Shown: positions 37,668 to 49,535 of the stretch, one piece after another
Position numbering within the stretch: the first letter of the stretch is position 1
Layout: the number at the start of each line of letters is the position of its first letter
Program-made: the position numbers and the translations under genes
Source of the DNA: Guillardia theta CCMP2712
Lineage: Eukaryota; Protista; Cryptophyta
Assembly (NCBI RefSeq): GCF_000315625.1
Contig: NW_005434671.1
Coordinates: forward strand, 538,078 to 602,077
DNA: 64,000 nucleotides
Direction of reading: 5' to 3'
Notes under the pieces: generated by a model
What the model was told of the DNA's origin: nothing
Database searches by the model: none
Seen by the model: the letters and a program-made list of their open reading frames with translations, nothing else

Positions 37668-40600
37668 TTGAAGGAGTCCAACGTGTGGGCCGAGGAGGCA
37701 CGGAAGCTCCTCGAGATGCCTGGAGAAAAGCTCCTTCGTCGGCAGTCAGGGTCATACAATGAAGGAAGATCGGTGGGTTTCAACAGGTTCCCAGCAGGGG
37801 AGGGAGAAGGAGAAGAAGTCCCGCAGGACGCACAAGAAGGCAAGGTAGATGATCTCGAGAGCAGGCGCGTCGGGTCTGCTCGACCATGGGGATCCGTTGC
37901 CGAGAAGTATGATGAGGATGATCTCAAGAGGTTCCTCGATGCTCATGGTGCAAGCTTGCCGAAGCCAGAGGTGCTCGCTGGGGATTCCTTCGAGGAGGAG
38001 CAAGACGTGGGGATGGCGGAGAGTGACGGCGAGCTTGATGGAGCCCTGCAGAGAGGGGAGGAGGAGGAAGAAGGCGTCTACTATGAGGCGAGCGGGGATG
38101 GGGCGGTGCCCGGGTCATTGGTCAACAGCTCGTGGGAGTCGTCGGAGAGCCACGAGGTGAGAGGGTCGAGGAGTCTGCGACAGACCGTCCGACAGAAACG
38201 AGTGGTGGGCGGTGTGATCAGCACGTACAAGGACAAGAAGGAGATGCAGGAAGTGCTGGAGCGACGAGCGGCGCTGTCGTACATCCAGACGACAAGGGAG
38301 GGCGTACAGAGGAAGGAGACGGTGCTGAGGGAGGCAGAGGGCAGGGTGGCGTCGAAGCGGCAGAACATAGATGAGATGAGTAGCAAGATCAATCTGATGC
38401 GAGATGAGAGCTCGAAGCTTGACGCTGAAGATCATTTCGGGAACCTCAACAAGATCAAGAGCATCCAGAGCAAGATTCAGTCGTTGGAGCTGAAGCGCGA
38501 TGACGAGATGCGAAGTCTGAAGGAAGAGGAGGACATAGAGTATGTGGCAAGAACAGAGTTCAACCGAGCTCAGATTCAACTCCGGAAGGTGGAGGAGGTG
38601 GAGCAGGATCTGATCGAGGAGGAAAACTTGCACAATGACGAGCTCAAGGTCGCGGCAGAGATGCGAGCAGAGAAAGAGGTTCAAGCCGCGATGAGGATGG
38701 GTCAACGGAGGGAAGGGAGGAGAATCGCAGCTGCAGAGCAGCACATTCGGAACCTTGAGAAGACGAACAATGCGATCGAGTACGCCAAGGCAGGAAGAGT
38801 CGCAGCGTTGAGGAGGGTGAGGGAGGCGCGGGCCCAACAGGCAGCGGCCGAGCAGCAGTTCGAGGAGAAGAAGGAGCAGGATCACTTGAAGAGGGCGGAG
38901 GCTCTGCTGGAGCTGAAGGGAAATATGGAGTCAGCCTTCGATAAGATCCGAGGAGCCAACGAGAAGCAGAGGAAGCGCCTGCGCATGATCGCAGCAAAGC
39001 GAGCAGCTGAGAAGTCCGAAATCCTCGCTGCCGGTGGAAACCCATACGCTGTGTGGAGGCAGCAGGATCACGCGCTGCAGAAGGAGCAGGAGAAGAGGAA
39101 GCGAGAGCAGCAAGCGAAGGAGCAGGAGACAAGATTGCTGAAACAGCTGATGGAGGAGGAGTCTCGTCGGCTGGAAAAGGAGGCGCAAGAGAGGAAGCAC
39201 AGGGCTGTCTTGAAGCAGTTTCAAGCGGAGATGGGAGGGCAGGCAAAGCAGGACCGAGTGATCGAGTACATGAGGACGAGGACGGTAGGAAGCGTCGACG
39301 TGTTGGACCCCACGGGGCGGGAGGCGAGGATCTATCCCTCCAAGGCCACCGTCCTCATGGACTGGAAGTTCGGCCTTGGGATCAAGCCTCACCCTAAAGG
39401 AGCTCAGCCTGGGGAGGAGGTTCCTCCAGGGTTCCCTCGAGGGTACGAGGAGGGAGATCCTGCGGCAGTGAAGGAGGAGGGCTGGAGGGTGACGCAGAAG
39501 TCGCGGCTCATTGACAAGGTACAGGATCTGTACCCCGAGGAAAGTTTCAACGCCACCCTGGTGGGCTCGAGGGCCTTGGACGATACGGTGAGGGCCAAGA
39601 CGACCAAGTCCGCGAAGAAGGAGGAGGTGGAGATGGTGAAGAAGCTGGACCAGACCGGCGGAAAGGCGGAGGAGGAGCAGGAGATTCAACAAGCCAAGGG
39701 CAGCCAAACGGCCGGGCAGGAGGAGGAGAAGAAGGAGGTGTTCGCCGTCCCCGAATTCCAAGGGATATGGGACTCGTCAAAGAGTGTGGCAGTAGACAAG
39801 GAGAGGAGGTGGGGGAACGGCCTGTCGAAGCTGGAGCAGGAGTACTTGAAGCAGGCAATGGAGCGGAAGAAGGAAGGGTACGGGTGGATCGAGAAGCAGG
39901 TGGTCTGGGGGAGAGAGTTCAAGGGGACGGCGTTCGTGCCCTCGGAGAAGGGGCGAGACGTGACGGCGGTGGAGTTTGTCGACTTCGAGCCGGGGAAGAC
40001 GTACAAGAAGAAGGTCACCCTGACTAACGCGTCGTTCGCGTTCAACACGTTCAAGCTGCTGGAGCTCACGGACTCGGTCAAGGACTTCTTCGTCATCTCG
40101 TACAACCACCCGGGGTCGCTCTCTCCTGGCATGACGTGTGACCTGCTGATCCGCTTCGAGCCCAAGATCAACGAGGACATCGAAGAGGCCATCCCCCTCC
40201 TCTGCCAGACCGGCCCGCAGGACATCCCCCTCCGCTGCTACACCAAGAAGGTCAACATCTCCACCTCCACTCCTGAGATCGAGCTGGACGCAGTGCTGGG
40301 GGAGGTGGTGCACGGGGAGATCGTGCTGGTAAACAGGGGGGCGCTGTCCTGCCCGGTCAAGATCCGGCAGCTGCGGGAGCGGCCGAGGGAGGGTTGTCTG
40401 GTGGAGGACCTGGCGCGGGCGGAGGAGGAGGAGGGCTACGAGGAGAGGGAGAGCTCGTTGTCGTACGAGGAGGAGGCGATCGTGGCAGGATACTCGACGA
40501 CCAAGATCCGCATCACCCTCACTCCCCAGCAGCCGTCGAGCAAGGAGGTCCTGCTGCACCTGTGCTTCCAGAAGAACCTCTCCAAGCCGCAGTCGGACGA

Positions 40601-41623
40601 CATCGTCGTCTCCGTGCGAGCCAACGTGCATGACGTGCCGATCTACGTGGAGGAGGAGATCATCGACCTGCGATGCTGCTGCTTCGACGTCGTCTACTCG
40701 CAAGTCCTCCAGGTTCGCAACCGAGGCAAAGTCGCGCTCAAGGCGCTGCCCACGGTCCCTCCCGCCCTCCGCAGCTCGATTAAGTTCTCTCCGGACATGG
40801 CATACGTGCAGGCGAGGAGCAGGGAGGGGGTCGACGGGGTGTTCAACTTCCAGATGAAGTTCGAGCCGACGAGCGCGTTCCTGCAGCTCGCGAGAGATTT
40901 CATCATGGAGGGCCCGACGGGCAAGCTGGACGCCTTCGCCATCCCCCTCACCGTCTCAGTCCCCGACCAGAAGCTGCCCGTCAACTTCGAGCTACGCGTG
41001 CAGCTCACGGACGCCGGGGTGCAGCTGGACAAGCAGGAGCTCGACTTCGGGGAGTGCTCTACCTCCGACGCTGTCTCCATCCCCCTCAGCATACACAACC
41101 CCTCCGAGCTCCCCACCCGAGTCGGATTCCTCAGCCTTCCCCGCGGGCTCTCCATCAACCCGGACATGGGGCTGTGCTCGCTGCTGCCGGGGGAGACAAG
41201 GACGCTGCAGGTGGTCTTCGCTCCCTTCACCGACACGGACTTCGACTTGAGGATCGTCTGCTCGACCTCTGCCAACAAGAAGTACCCCATCCGTTGCCGG
41301 GGGAGGGGCGTCAAGAACCCCCTCAAGCTCAGCTGCTCCAACTTCGTCCTCAGGCCCTGCGCGTACGGCGATCGGGTCACCGAGTCGCTCTCCCTCGCCA
41401 ACGTCTCCTCCTCCGAGCAGACGATCGAGGTTGTCGTCCCCCGGGCCAGCGGGCTCAAGATCAGCCCCCTCGTCGCGAAGCTCCAGCCCGGCCACTCCAT
41501 CCGCGTCCAGCTAGACTTCAGCCCTCCCTTCCCTCCGCCAAAGGTCCTTGAACTGCTCAAGGCTACGAGGAAGGGCAAGCGAGCAGTTGCTGAGGGGGAG
41601 GAGCAGGAGGGAGAACAGGAAGG

Positions 41624-41664
<41 letters not shown>

Positions 41665-42863
41665 AGGAGGGAGGAGAGAGAGATGCTCCTGAGGGAGAAG
41701 AAGGGCAAGAAGGCAAAGCTGCAGATAAGTCGGAGGAGGAGGCGAACGAGATGCTGAACGGGCTGAACGAGTCGGAGAGGAGGATACGTGGAGCGCTGTT
41801 GATCGATCAGATGCGATCGGTAGAGGGAGAGGAGTGGTCCCGGCACGAGACATGGCAGGTCCGCCCTCGAAACCTTTGAACTTGCCCCGCACTGTGAAGT
41901 AGCTCTCCCTCCTGCTCCTCTTCCTTCACCTCCTCCCAGTCCTCTTTTGTCCCACTGACTCCTGTTATGCAGCTTCCCATCTTCGTCAAGAACGGGCCCG
42001 TCTCCTTTCTCCAGGTCTTTCCACCTCCTCCTCCTCCTCCTCCTCCTCCTCCTCCTCCTCCTCCTCCTCCTCCTCCTCCTCCTCCTCCTCCTCCTCCTCC
42101 TCCTCCTCCTCCTCCTCCTCCTCCTCCTCCTCTTCCTCTTCCTCTTCCTCTTCCTTGTATGCGCCCTCCTCTTCCTCTTCCTCTTCCTNNNNNNNNNNNN
42201 NNNNNNNNNNNNNNNNNNNNNNNNNNNNNNNNNNNNNNNNNNNNNNNNNNNNNNNNNNNNNNNNNNNNNNNNNNNNNNNNNNNNNNNNGGAGGAGGAGGA
42301 GGAGGAGGAGGAGGAGGAGGAGGAGGAGGGGGGGGGGGGGGGGGCGAAGTTGGGGGGGAAGAGGAGGAGAGATTGAAGTGAGTATGGCAGGACGAAACGA
42401 AGACGGAGAGCTTTCAGCTAGAGCACACGTTCCCTCAGAACCTCGCACAGGTCAGCCCTCTCTCGTCCTTTCCTTTCTTCCCCTCCCCTCCCCTCCTGTC
42501 CTCTCCCTTCCTTCCTTCTTGCCTCCCTCGCCCCTCGCACTCACTGCGTCGGCTCAGAGCAAGGAGACAGCAGATCACTCCTTCATCGTCGGCAACTGCG
42601 GCGCCAAGGCACCGGGCGAGTTTGTGCTGTCGGACATCAAGGAGGCAGAGAGCATGGGCTTCGTCTTCGACCAGGCGGCGGGTAAGGTGGACGCGGGGGG
42701 GAGGGTCTCGCTGCTGGTCAAGTACACCCCTCCTCCCTCCAGCCCTCTCTCCATGTGGAACGAGGTGACGGTCACGGGGGCTCTCAAGGGAGGCGATCCT
42801 CCCCCTCCCGGCGGCTCCCTCCCCTTGGAGATCCGCTTGAGGGGCTTCGTGGCGGCAGACTAG
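37668..42863 (+). CDS. CFAP74: Cilia- and flagella-associated protein 74 (coiled coil plus ASH/Ig-like domains), interrupted by an assembly gap
   Basis: N-terminal coiled coil, then QVVWGREFKG..F, FVDFEPGKTYKKKVTLTN, PGSLSPGMTC, IRFEPKINED and repeated ASH-like 'LDFG..' modules. The true start is probably in an upstream exon. Confidence 0.85.
42189..42288. other. Assembly gap (100 N) flanked by (CCT)n and (GGA)n
   Basis: Run of N visible directly. Confidence 0.99.
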
Positions 42864-43101
42864 CAGCATGTAAATATGTAAAGATGAACACCATGAAGCC
42901 TCGCCCGCAGTCTCAGGCTCTTGCTTTGGAGCCTGCCGGCAAGCCGGAGACCCCGGATGGGCCTCGAACCCTAAGGCGCCCGCTTGGCCGGGCCGGCCCC
43001 CGGGAGCAGGGCCCGGGCCGGCCCACCGTGAGTGAGGCCCGGCCCGGACTCCGGGCCCGGAGCTGCCACGGGGCCGGGAGGCCCGGGCATCATTTCATGA
43101 G

Positions 43102-44155
43102 ATGGTGAGGCGGACTTGTTGGCTCCTCTTCTTGATCCTTCGGCCTCCAATCCCTCTCAACCATGCACAGACCCAACCTCCTCCTCCTCCTCCTCCTCCT
43201 CCTCCTCCTCCTCCCGTCAACCTGTGTCCCTTCAGCTCTCCTGTTCTCCTCTACATCCTCTACCTCCTTCTCCCCCTCCTCCACCACCTCCTCCTCCTCC
43301 TCTCCTACCTCCAACCCTTCTCAGTCATCGCCATTTTGTCGCTCGTCGCAGCGACTGAATGTTGTCTCGGACGCCTCACTGTCATTTGCGCCCACCCATT
43401 CTTCTTCCTCGTATGATTTGTTTCTACGATACTCAACTCATCTTCTTGCCGTCTGTCCCTCGTCACGTCCTCGCGCACCTCCATGCCCTTGGCTCTTGCC
43501 TTCACCAGGAGCATTTCAAGCTGCGACTCAGGCCAGGGCAGCTGCAACGAGGATGCAGAAGGCGAGTATGGAAAAGGAGATGCTGTCAAAGCGAGCCAAG
43601 CGGCGTATGCGGGCACCTCCATCGCAGCTGAGGGTTTGGATGGACGTGCTGAACTCGACTGACGGGGGGCTGCTCCTCCTCCTCGACCTCGACAACAACG
43701 CGGACGCTCTTCCTCAGCTCGAAGATGCGCAGGTAGAAGAGGGGAAGGAGGAGGAGAGCATGACGAGCCGGGCAGGTGAAGGGGCTGCTGGACGGGTTTC
43801 GCATCCTCGGGTTTGCGGGAGTCGACTTCAGCGGCAGCATCCCGGCGTGGGTGGAGCTGCATCAGTGCAGGGTGAGAACGAAGAACGGAGCTGACTTCGT
43901 GCTCGCATTCGAAGCAGGTGCTGCTCGCTCCTCGTGTTGACTTGCGCTGAGAGGTCGACAGGCAGGATAGTAGCGAGGATGCAGCAGGAGGCGAGCGAGG
44001 GGGGCGGGAAGGCAATGCCGATCGCCGTCATCGTCTCGGCAGACGCTGGGATGGAAGTGATCGCTGACCTGATGAGGGGGGAAGGAATCAGCTGCCACGT
44101 CATCAAGACTTTGGCAGACATCAGGACTGTCTGTCAAGCTCTGAGCTTGTTATGA
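43102..44155 (+). CDS. PIN/NYN-like domain protein, multi-exon
   Basis: LLLDLDNNAD ... RTKNGADFVLAFEAGR ... VIVSADAGM...L..EG..C has the spacing of acidic residues seen in PIN-like folds (as in the ZNF451 C-terminal PIN). The start is uncertain. Confidence 0.55.
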
Positions 44156-44190
44156 AGCATACTCTTAGTTACCGCGGCCATCCGTACTCC

Positions 44191-47100
44191 TCACGCTCTC
44201 CTACCGAGAAGGAGCCTGACCTTGGTGCCCGGCTGACCGATGATCATGCTGCGAATCTGCAAGAGAGCAGAGGCGTCAGAGCAACGAGGATGGAAGGAAG
44301 GAGATCTCAACCTGATCCACGGACATGTCGGTGACATTCACTCCGTCGACGGCGAGGAGGTAGTCCTCCAACTGCACTTGTCCGCTCTGTTTCGCCGTGC
44401 CCTACACATTTCAAGTCAACGAGTCAAGTTTGACGAGCTCGACCAGGCAAGGAAGTGACTGAAGGACTGGAGGGGAGCGGGGCTGCCGCTTCTGATACCT
44501 CGTTGAAGCTCGTGATGACGTAGTAGCTAGCAGGCGATGACTTGCCAAAGACGATCCCGATGCCCGTCATCTGTCCGGGGGCGTTGGAGGCTCCGCGGAA
44601 GATTTCAACCTCACGGGTGGCGAGAGGCTGCGAGGGCTGGTGAGCGAGGGAGGACGGCAGGGAGCGACGCACCTGACTGGACAGCTGGGGAAGCGACTGA
44701 ACCTGCGGCTGCACCTGCGCGTCCTTCTTGGGGGGAGGCATGGACTGTGCCGGACGAGAGATGGCAAGGCTAGCCAAGTCGGCCGCTGGGTTTGGCATGC
44801 TCGAAGTTGGAGGAGAGTGAAGCTCGTACGACGGCTGGATGGTGCTGGTCCCGTTCGGGGAATACTGTTCGGGGACGAGAGCGTCGCGGACTAGAGTGCT
44901 TGCAAGCTGCTCCTGATAGACACTCGATGGGCTGGCGGCCTGGAGCAGTAGACGTCAGGTTGAGATTGCAAAAATCAAGAGGGAGGAGATGTCAGGTTCC
45001 TACCTGCTGCTGTGCCGATCCAACTGAGCTGCTGCTGGACATAGGGGTCAAAGTGACGTTGAAGTGCACTAGGGCATTGGGAGGCAGCGGCTTGCCCTGG
45101 AGCAACGGAGGGCGTGAGCAGGGAGGAAAGAGGCAGTGGGGCGGATCACGCACCTGATCCTGGAAGGGGCACCAGATGTCAATCTTCTGACCAGCAGGGT
45201 AACGGGAGAGCTCGATGCCCGCAAGCTCAGCGACTGATTGAGGCTGAGCTCCTCCCGCCATCTCCGTCAAGGTGCCGCCAAGCAAGCAGCCCTCGAGCTC
45301 GGAGGCTGAGAGAATTACTTCGATCATCTCATGCCACACAGCTTGTTGCGAGCTTGGGTTCAGCGGGACCATCTTGGAGGCGAATGTCTTCCTCCCTCCC
45401 CCTGGCACGTTGCTCGGGTACTACATAGATCAGTCCATGTCGGTGGACCAACACTGTTATACCTGCATTGACAGAGTTGCTCCGACTTGACTTCCCGGAG
45501 AGACAGGAAGATTTTTGCCTTCAATGAAAAGGACTTGCACTTTATATGTGTCCGGCTGTTGGATCAGGTCAATGGCAGGCAGTCAAATACGCTCTAGTCC
45601 TTACCTTCACACTGTTTGGCTGCAGGCTTGCCAACGAGCTCGGACCTTTAAACAGTAGAGATCAGAGGCGGTTGGAAAGCCCGAGATTAAAATACCGGAA
45701 GGAACACCTTGGCTCACGACACCTGCTGACTGCAGGAGGGTATGCTTAGGAGAACTCGAAGCCGGGGGCGAGGGCGTCTGTGAGCTGACCGGAACCGGAA
45801 GCTGGTAGCTGACAGGAGCAGGAGCCTGCAAGCTAGCAGGAGGGGGGGCCTGCAAGCTAGCAGGAGGGGGGGCCTGGTAGCTCACCGGGGCAGGGGCCTG
45901 GTAGCTCACCGGGGCAGGGGCCTGGTAGCTCACCGGGGCAGGGGCCTGGTAGCTCACCGGGGCAGGGGCCTGGTAGCTCACCGGGGCAGGGGCCTGGTAG
46001 CTCACCGGGGCAGGGGCCTGGTAGCTCGCTGGAGGCGAAGGAGTCCGGTTGCTCACGGGAGGCGAAGGAGACTGATAGCTTGTGGGTAGAGGAGCCTGGT
46101 AGCTGACTGGAGGCGAAGCTAGGTTGTCAACAGGAAGAGGAGCCTGGTAGCTAGCTGGAGGCGGGGCTTGATAGCTTGCCGGAGCAGGAGCCTGATAGAT
46201 GGCTGGAGGTGTAGATGACCGCTGTGGATATGACATTGAGTTAGTCGAGGTCTTGTCATGCACAGTAGCGCGAGCTCTCACATTTTCTGCTGCATTCTTC
46301 AACACTCTCAGCTCGTGGCTTCTGAGGACCATGATGGGAGCAGGGAGGGCTTGCTCGTTCCGCTCCAGCCCCAGCTTGCACCAGGTTCCGATGGGACCCA
46401 GCACGGCCTCGTTGACCATGTTGGGGCTCCAGTTGCTGACTTCCACGTCATCGACCGTCAAGAGGATGTCACCCTGCCAACTCAGGTCACTCGCTCCTCA
46501 TGCTCGGAGGCAGGCTCGCAACCTGTTGCACCCCCGACAACACCGCCGGGGCGTTGGGGAGGAGGTCTTCGACTCGGTACCTCGTGCCTCCCCGGGGATC
46601 GTTGACTTGTTGGAGGCTGATGCCGATCCCAGCCTTGCGCACGAGGTGCTGGTACCTGTGCCAACCTACAGGAGATTTCTGCATCCCCAACAATCCGATC
46701 AATCTGCATGCACGCCACCACGTACAAGACGGCAACCTGGATCAGCCCGATCCCGTCCAGGATGTCCACAACCTCAGCCGTGTCTCGCTGGTTGAAGATT
46801 TCGCTGCGAGGGAGGAGCAGTGAGACAGGTGAAGCCTGCAAGACAGAGGAGGACGCACTCGACAGCGATGTTGGCGGAGGTATCATGCAGAGCGTACACG
46901 TTGATGCCCTTGCAGGTGTGCGTCTCGATGGGCTCCTTCAAACCGTCCCACGTCGCAATGACGTTGCACGACTGGAGTCGTTGCAGCTTGACGGGGGGAA
47001 CGTCTCCTGCGACGGCGAAGTTGCAAAACTCGCAGTCAACCATGCTCGCCATCGTGTTGACTTGGTCGATCATGATGGTGACATCCTTGCAGCTGCCAGG

Positions 47101-47420
47101 TGGATCAGCAACGACTGAGACAGCATGCGGTCCAACCTGACGATCTGAATTTCTCCGCACGACCCGTACAGCCTTATCATGCATTTGCTGCAGCGATTGA
47201 TCGTCACTTTCGTGTTGGGCCACTCTCTCAAGTTGATCTGAACGTTCTGATCCTGTTGGATCCCCTGGACTAGCAGCCCACCATCTGAGGCTGGAGCGAT
47301 GATGGGTGGGAGTTGCTTTCCACTTGCGTACAAATCAATATCTTGCTGGCTGCCGTGGACAGACATCTGAAAAGTAATGTGAGCGCAGTGAAACAGACTG
47401 AGACGATGCTGATGCTTCAT
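44191..47420 (-). CDS. Multidomain protein: CARP/TBCC-like beta-helix, PDZ, Pro-rich repeat, C2-like domain, PDZ
   Basis: N-terminal TINRCSKCMIRL/SCKDVTIMI/DCEFCNF repeats, PDZ AGIGISL...LLPNAPA...GDIL.TVD...LGPIGT, C2-like QVLFIEGKNLP...AVWHE, and a second PDZ TGIGIVF...IIGQPGTKVRLLL. Confidence 0.65.
45800..46200 (-). repeat. Coding 24-bp tandem repeat encoding (SYQAPAPV)n
   Basis: About six perfect copies of ggtagctcaccggggcaggggcct plus degenerate flanking copies. Confidence 0.92.
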
Positions 47421-47539
47421 GAACTCAGAAATTTGCTGGAATGTAAAGATCGGCTATGATGGTCAGGTTAAAGCACCTTGGATTCCCTCCTCTACATTTC
47501 AGGTACTCATTTCTTCTGAGAGTGTGTTGAAAACCCATT

Positions 47540-49270
47540 CTAGCCCTTTTCCTCCTCCCGGAATCCTAGTCCTCCTTTACCCCCACCACCTCCTCCTCTT
47601 CCTCTTCCTCTTCCTCCTCCCGAGTCCTCCTCCTCCTCCCCCTCCTCGTATCCCTGTTCGTATGTTCCGAGTCGCCATCGAACCCCCCCCTCCACCCCCC
47701 CCCCACTTACCCTGAAAATGAGGTGTAGAAACCACCTGACCTTGTCCGATCGGATCATCGGTCATGACCCCACCCTCTACCCCTATGTCCCTATACTTAC
47801 TACCCCATGAGAAATCCTCCGGATTCTCTACCCCCACTACCCCACCCCCCAATTCGACTACCACCCTCAACCGTACCTCCGAGGTTCAAGCTCTAACGGC
47901 ATCCAAAGGCCCACTGGCCACTCCCCCACCCCTCCTCTGAACCATAAAGTACCCCCCCTACCCATTGACTGAGACATCACCAGTTGGGTGACCTCGCTAC
48001 GAAAAGAGGTCCTAGCAATATTCGTAGGTCATGAGAGTCCTTGGACCAGACACTAGGACCCCGACAACTCTACTAGGCCTAGTACCTCGAGTGCGACGGC
48101 GGTGTCGCAAAAATAAACAAGAGGGGTCAATTAAAAAGTGATTATACTTCCACGGTTTCAAATGTAACCGACCGGTCACGACTCGGACTCACTCGGAACA
48201 GGCTTCTTTACTCAAACCGTTCGGCGCGGGGTCACTGGCTGCCCGGGCGGGCCGCCTCCGAGTGCGCGCCGCCTACCGTAACCGTAACCGGGGCGCCACT
48301 GGCGCCCACCATCCGATGCCATCATCCGAGTCGGACGGCCGCATTCATGTGCCGGTCGGACTCCCGGACTCTGATGAGATCGGACCGGGCCCGCCCGGGC
48401 CGGCCCGGCCCGGCGCCCGGCTCACTGCGGCGCGGCTCGGGCTCCTAACTAGTAACCGGGCCGGGCCCGGCGGGGACCCGGTGCACAAGGACAATCAGGA
48501 GAGTCGAGGAGGCTTGCCAGGAGGCTTGACCCTACTTTACTGAAAGTTAAGTTGAAAATCAGCACGAGGACAACTGGCAATTATCAAGAGAGCCTGCGAG
48601 GAGGCTTGACCGTGCGGCCTCAGCCGACACTGTGGCACTGATTGGCCGCACACGCGCCACGCGGCCGCCCAGGGCCGTCCTGGAACTAACCGCCGGTAAA
48701 CGGCGCGGCACTGCCGCAGGCCGGACCCCGCGCTAGACTCGCGGCCCGGGCCGGGCCGGCGGGCCCCCGGCCGGGCCCGGCGCCGGGTTGCCGCAGTGTG
48801 ACTGAGGCTCGCGGCCGCGACTCGGCGGGCGCCGGGCCGCCGCTGGTCGGATCGGACACCCGGCCCTCAGTGCCCCGGGCGGGCCCGGCCCGGCCGGGCC
48901 CGGGGCCGCACAGGCCCCCGGGCGCGCGTGGGGTGTGTTTACAGTGGGATGAGGGGGTACTAGGGGTAGGCGAGTCAGAAATGTAAGCAAAGGAGGTGGT
49001 GAGGCGTAAGAGGGAACACAGGGGGTGAAATCTGGGTCTGAAAGGGGGTAGGGGTACCTACCAGGAGTCTCCACCCCCGTATGATGAACAGACTTATTGT
49101 TACACGTCTGGGGGTGGGGGAATCTCTAGTGGAGGGGGTAGGGTGGGGAGAAAATCCTTGGTAAGGGTGCTGTACAGTATGACTGGATGGTCAACGTAGG
49201 GGTGAAGAAGAAGGACTATGTTGCATGGGGGTAGGGTAGGGTAAGGTAGGGTTGTTGTTAGGGTTGGCCC
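47540..49270. repeat. Intergenic element: C-rich arm, CCGG/GGCC core, G-rich arm
   Basis: C-rich over 47540-47970, extremely GC-rich palindromic core over 48240-48930, G-rich over 48930-49270, between divergent genes. Confidence 0.6.
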
Positions 49271-49535
49271 GCCCTGATGATGGCGTACATTCAAGGCCGG
49301 GAGGGAGAAGGAGAAGGAGAGGGAGGAGGCGAGAGCAGGACGAATGCTGACCAGCCATGCACAGAAGAACCAAAGGACGAGGATCAGAGGTAGATCTTGA
49401 CCGCCAAGATCGAGGCAAGCAGCTGCATACGCGTCTTTGCGCCCCGGATTCTTGGGTGTCTTCCTGAAAAACTTCGAAACTTGAGTTACTTGACCTCCGC
49501 TGCTCACCCTCTTGCTGTCGGGGTCCTGAGTCAAG

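Noticed and set aside
41807-42448. Poly-Gly/poly-Pro protein
   Set aside because: It is a (CCT)n microsatellite next to an N gap.
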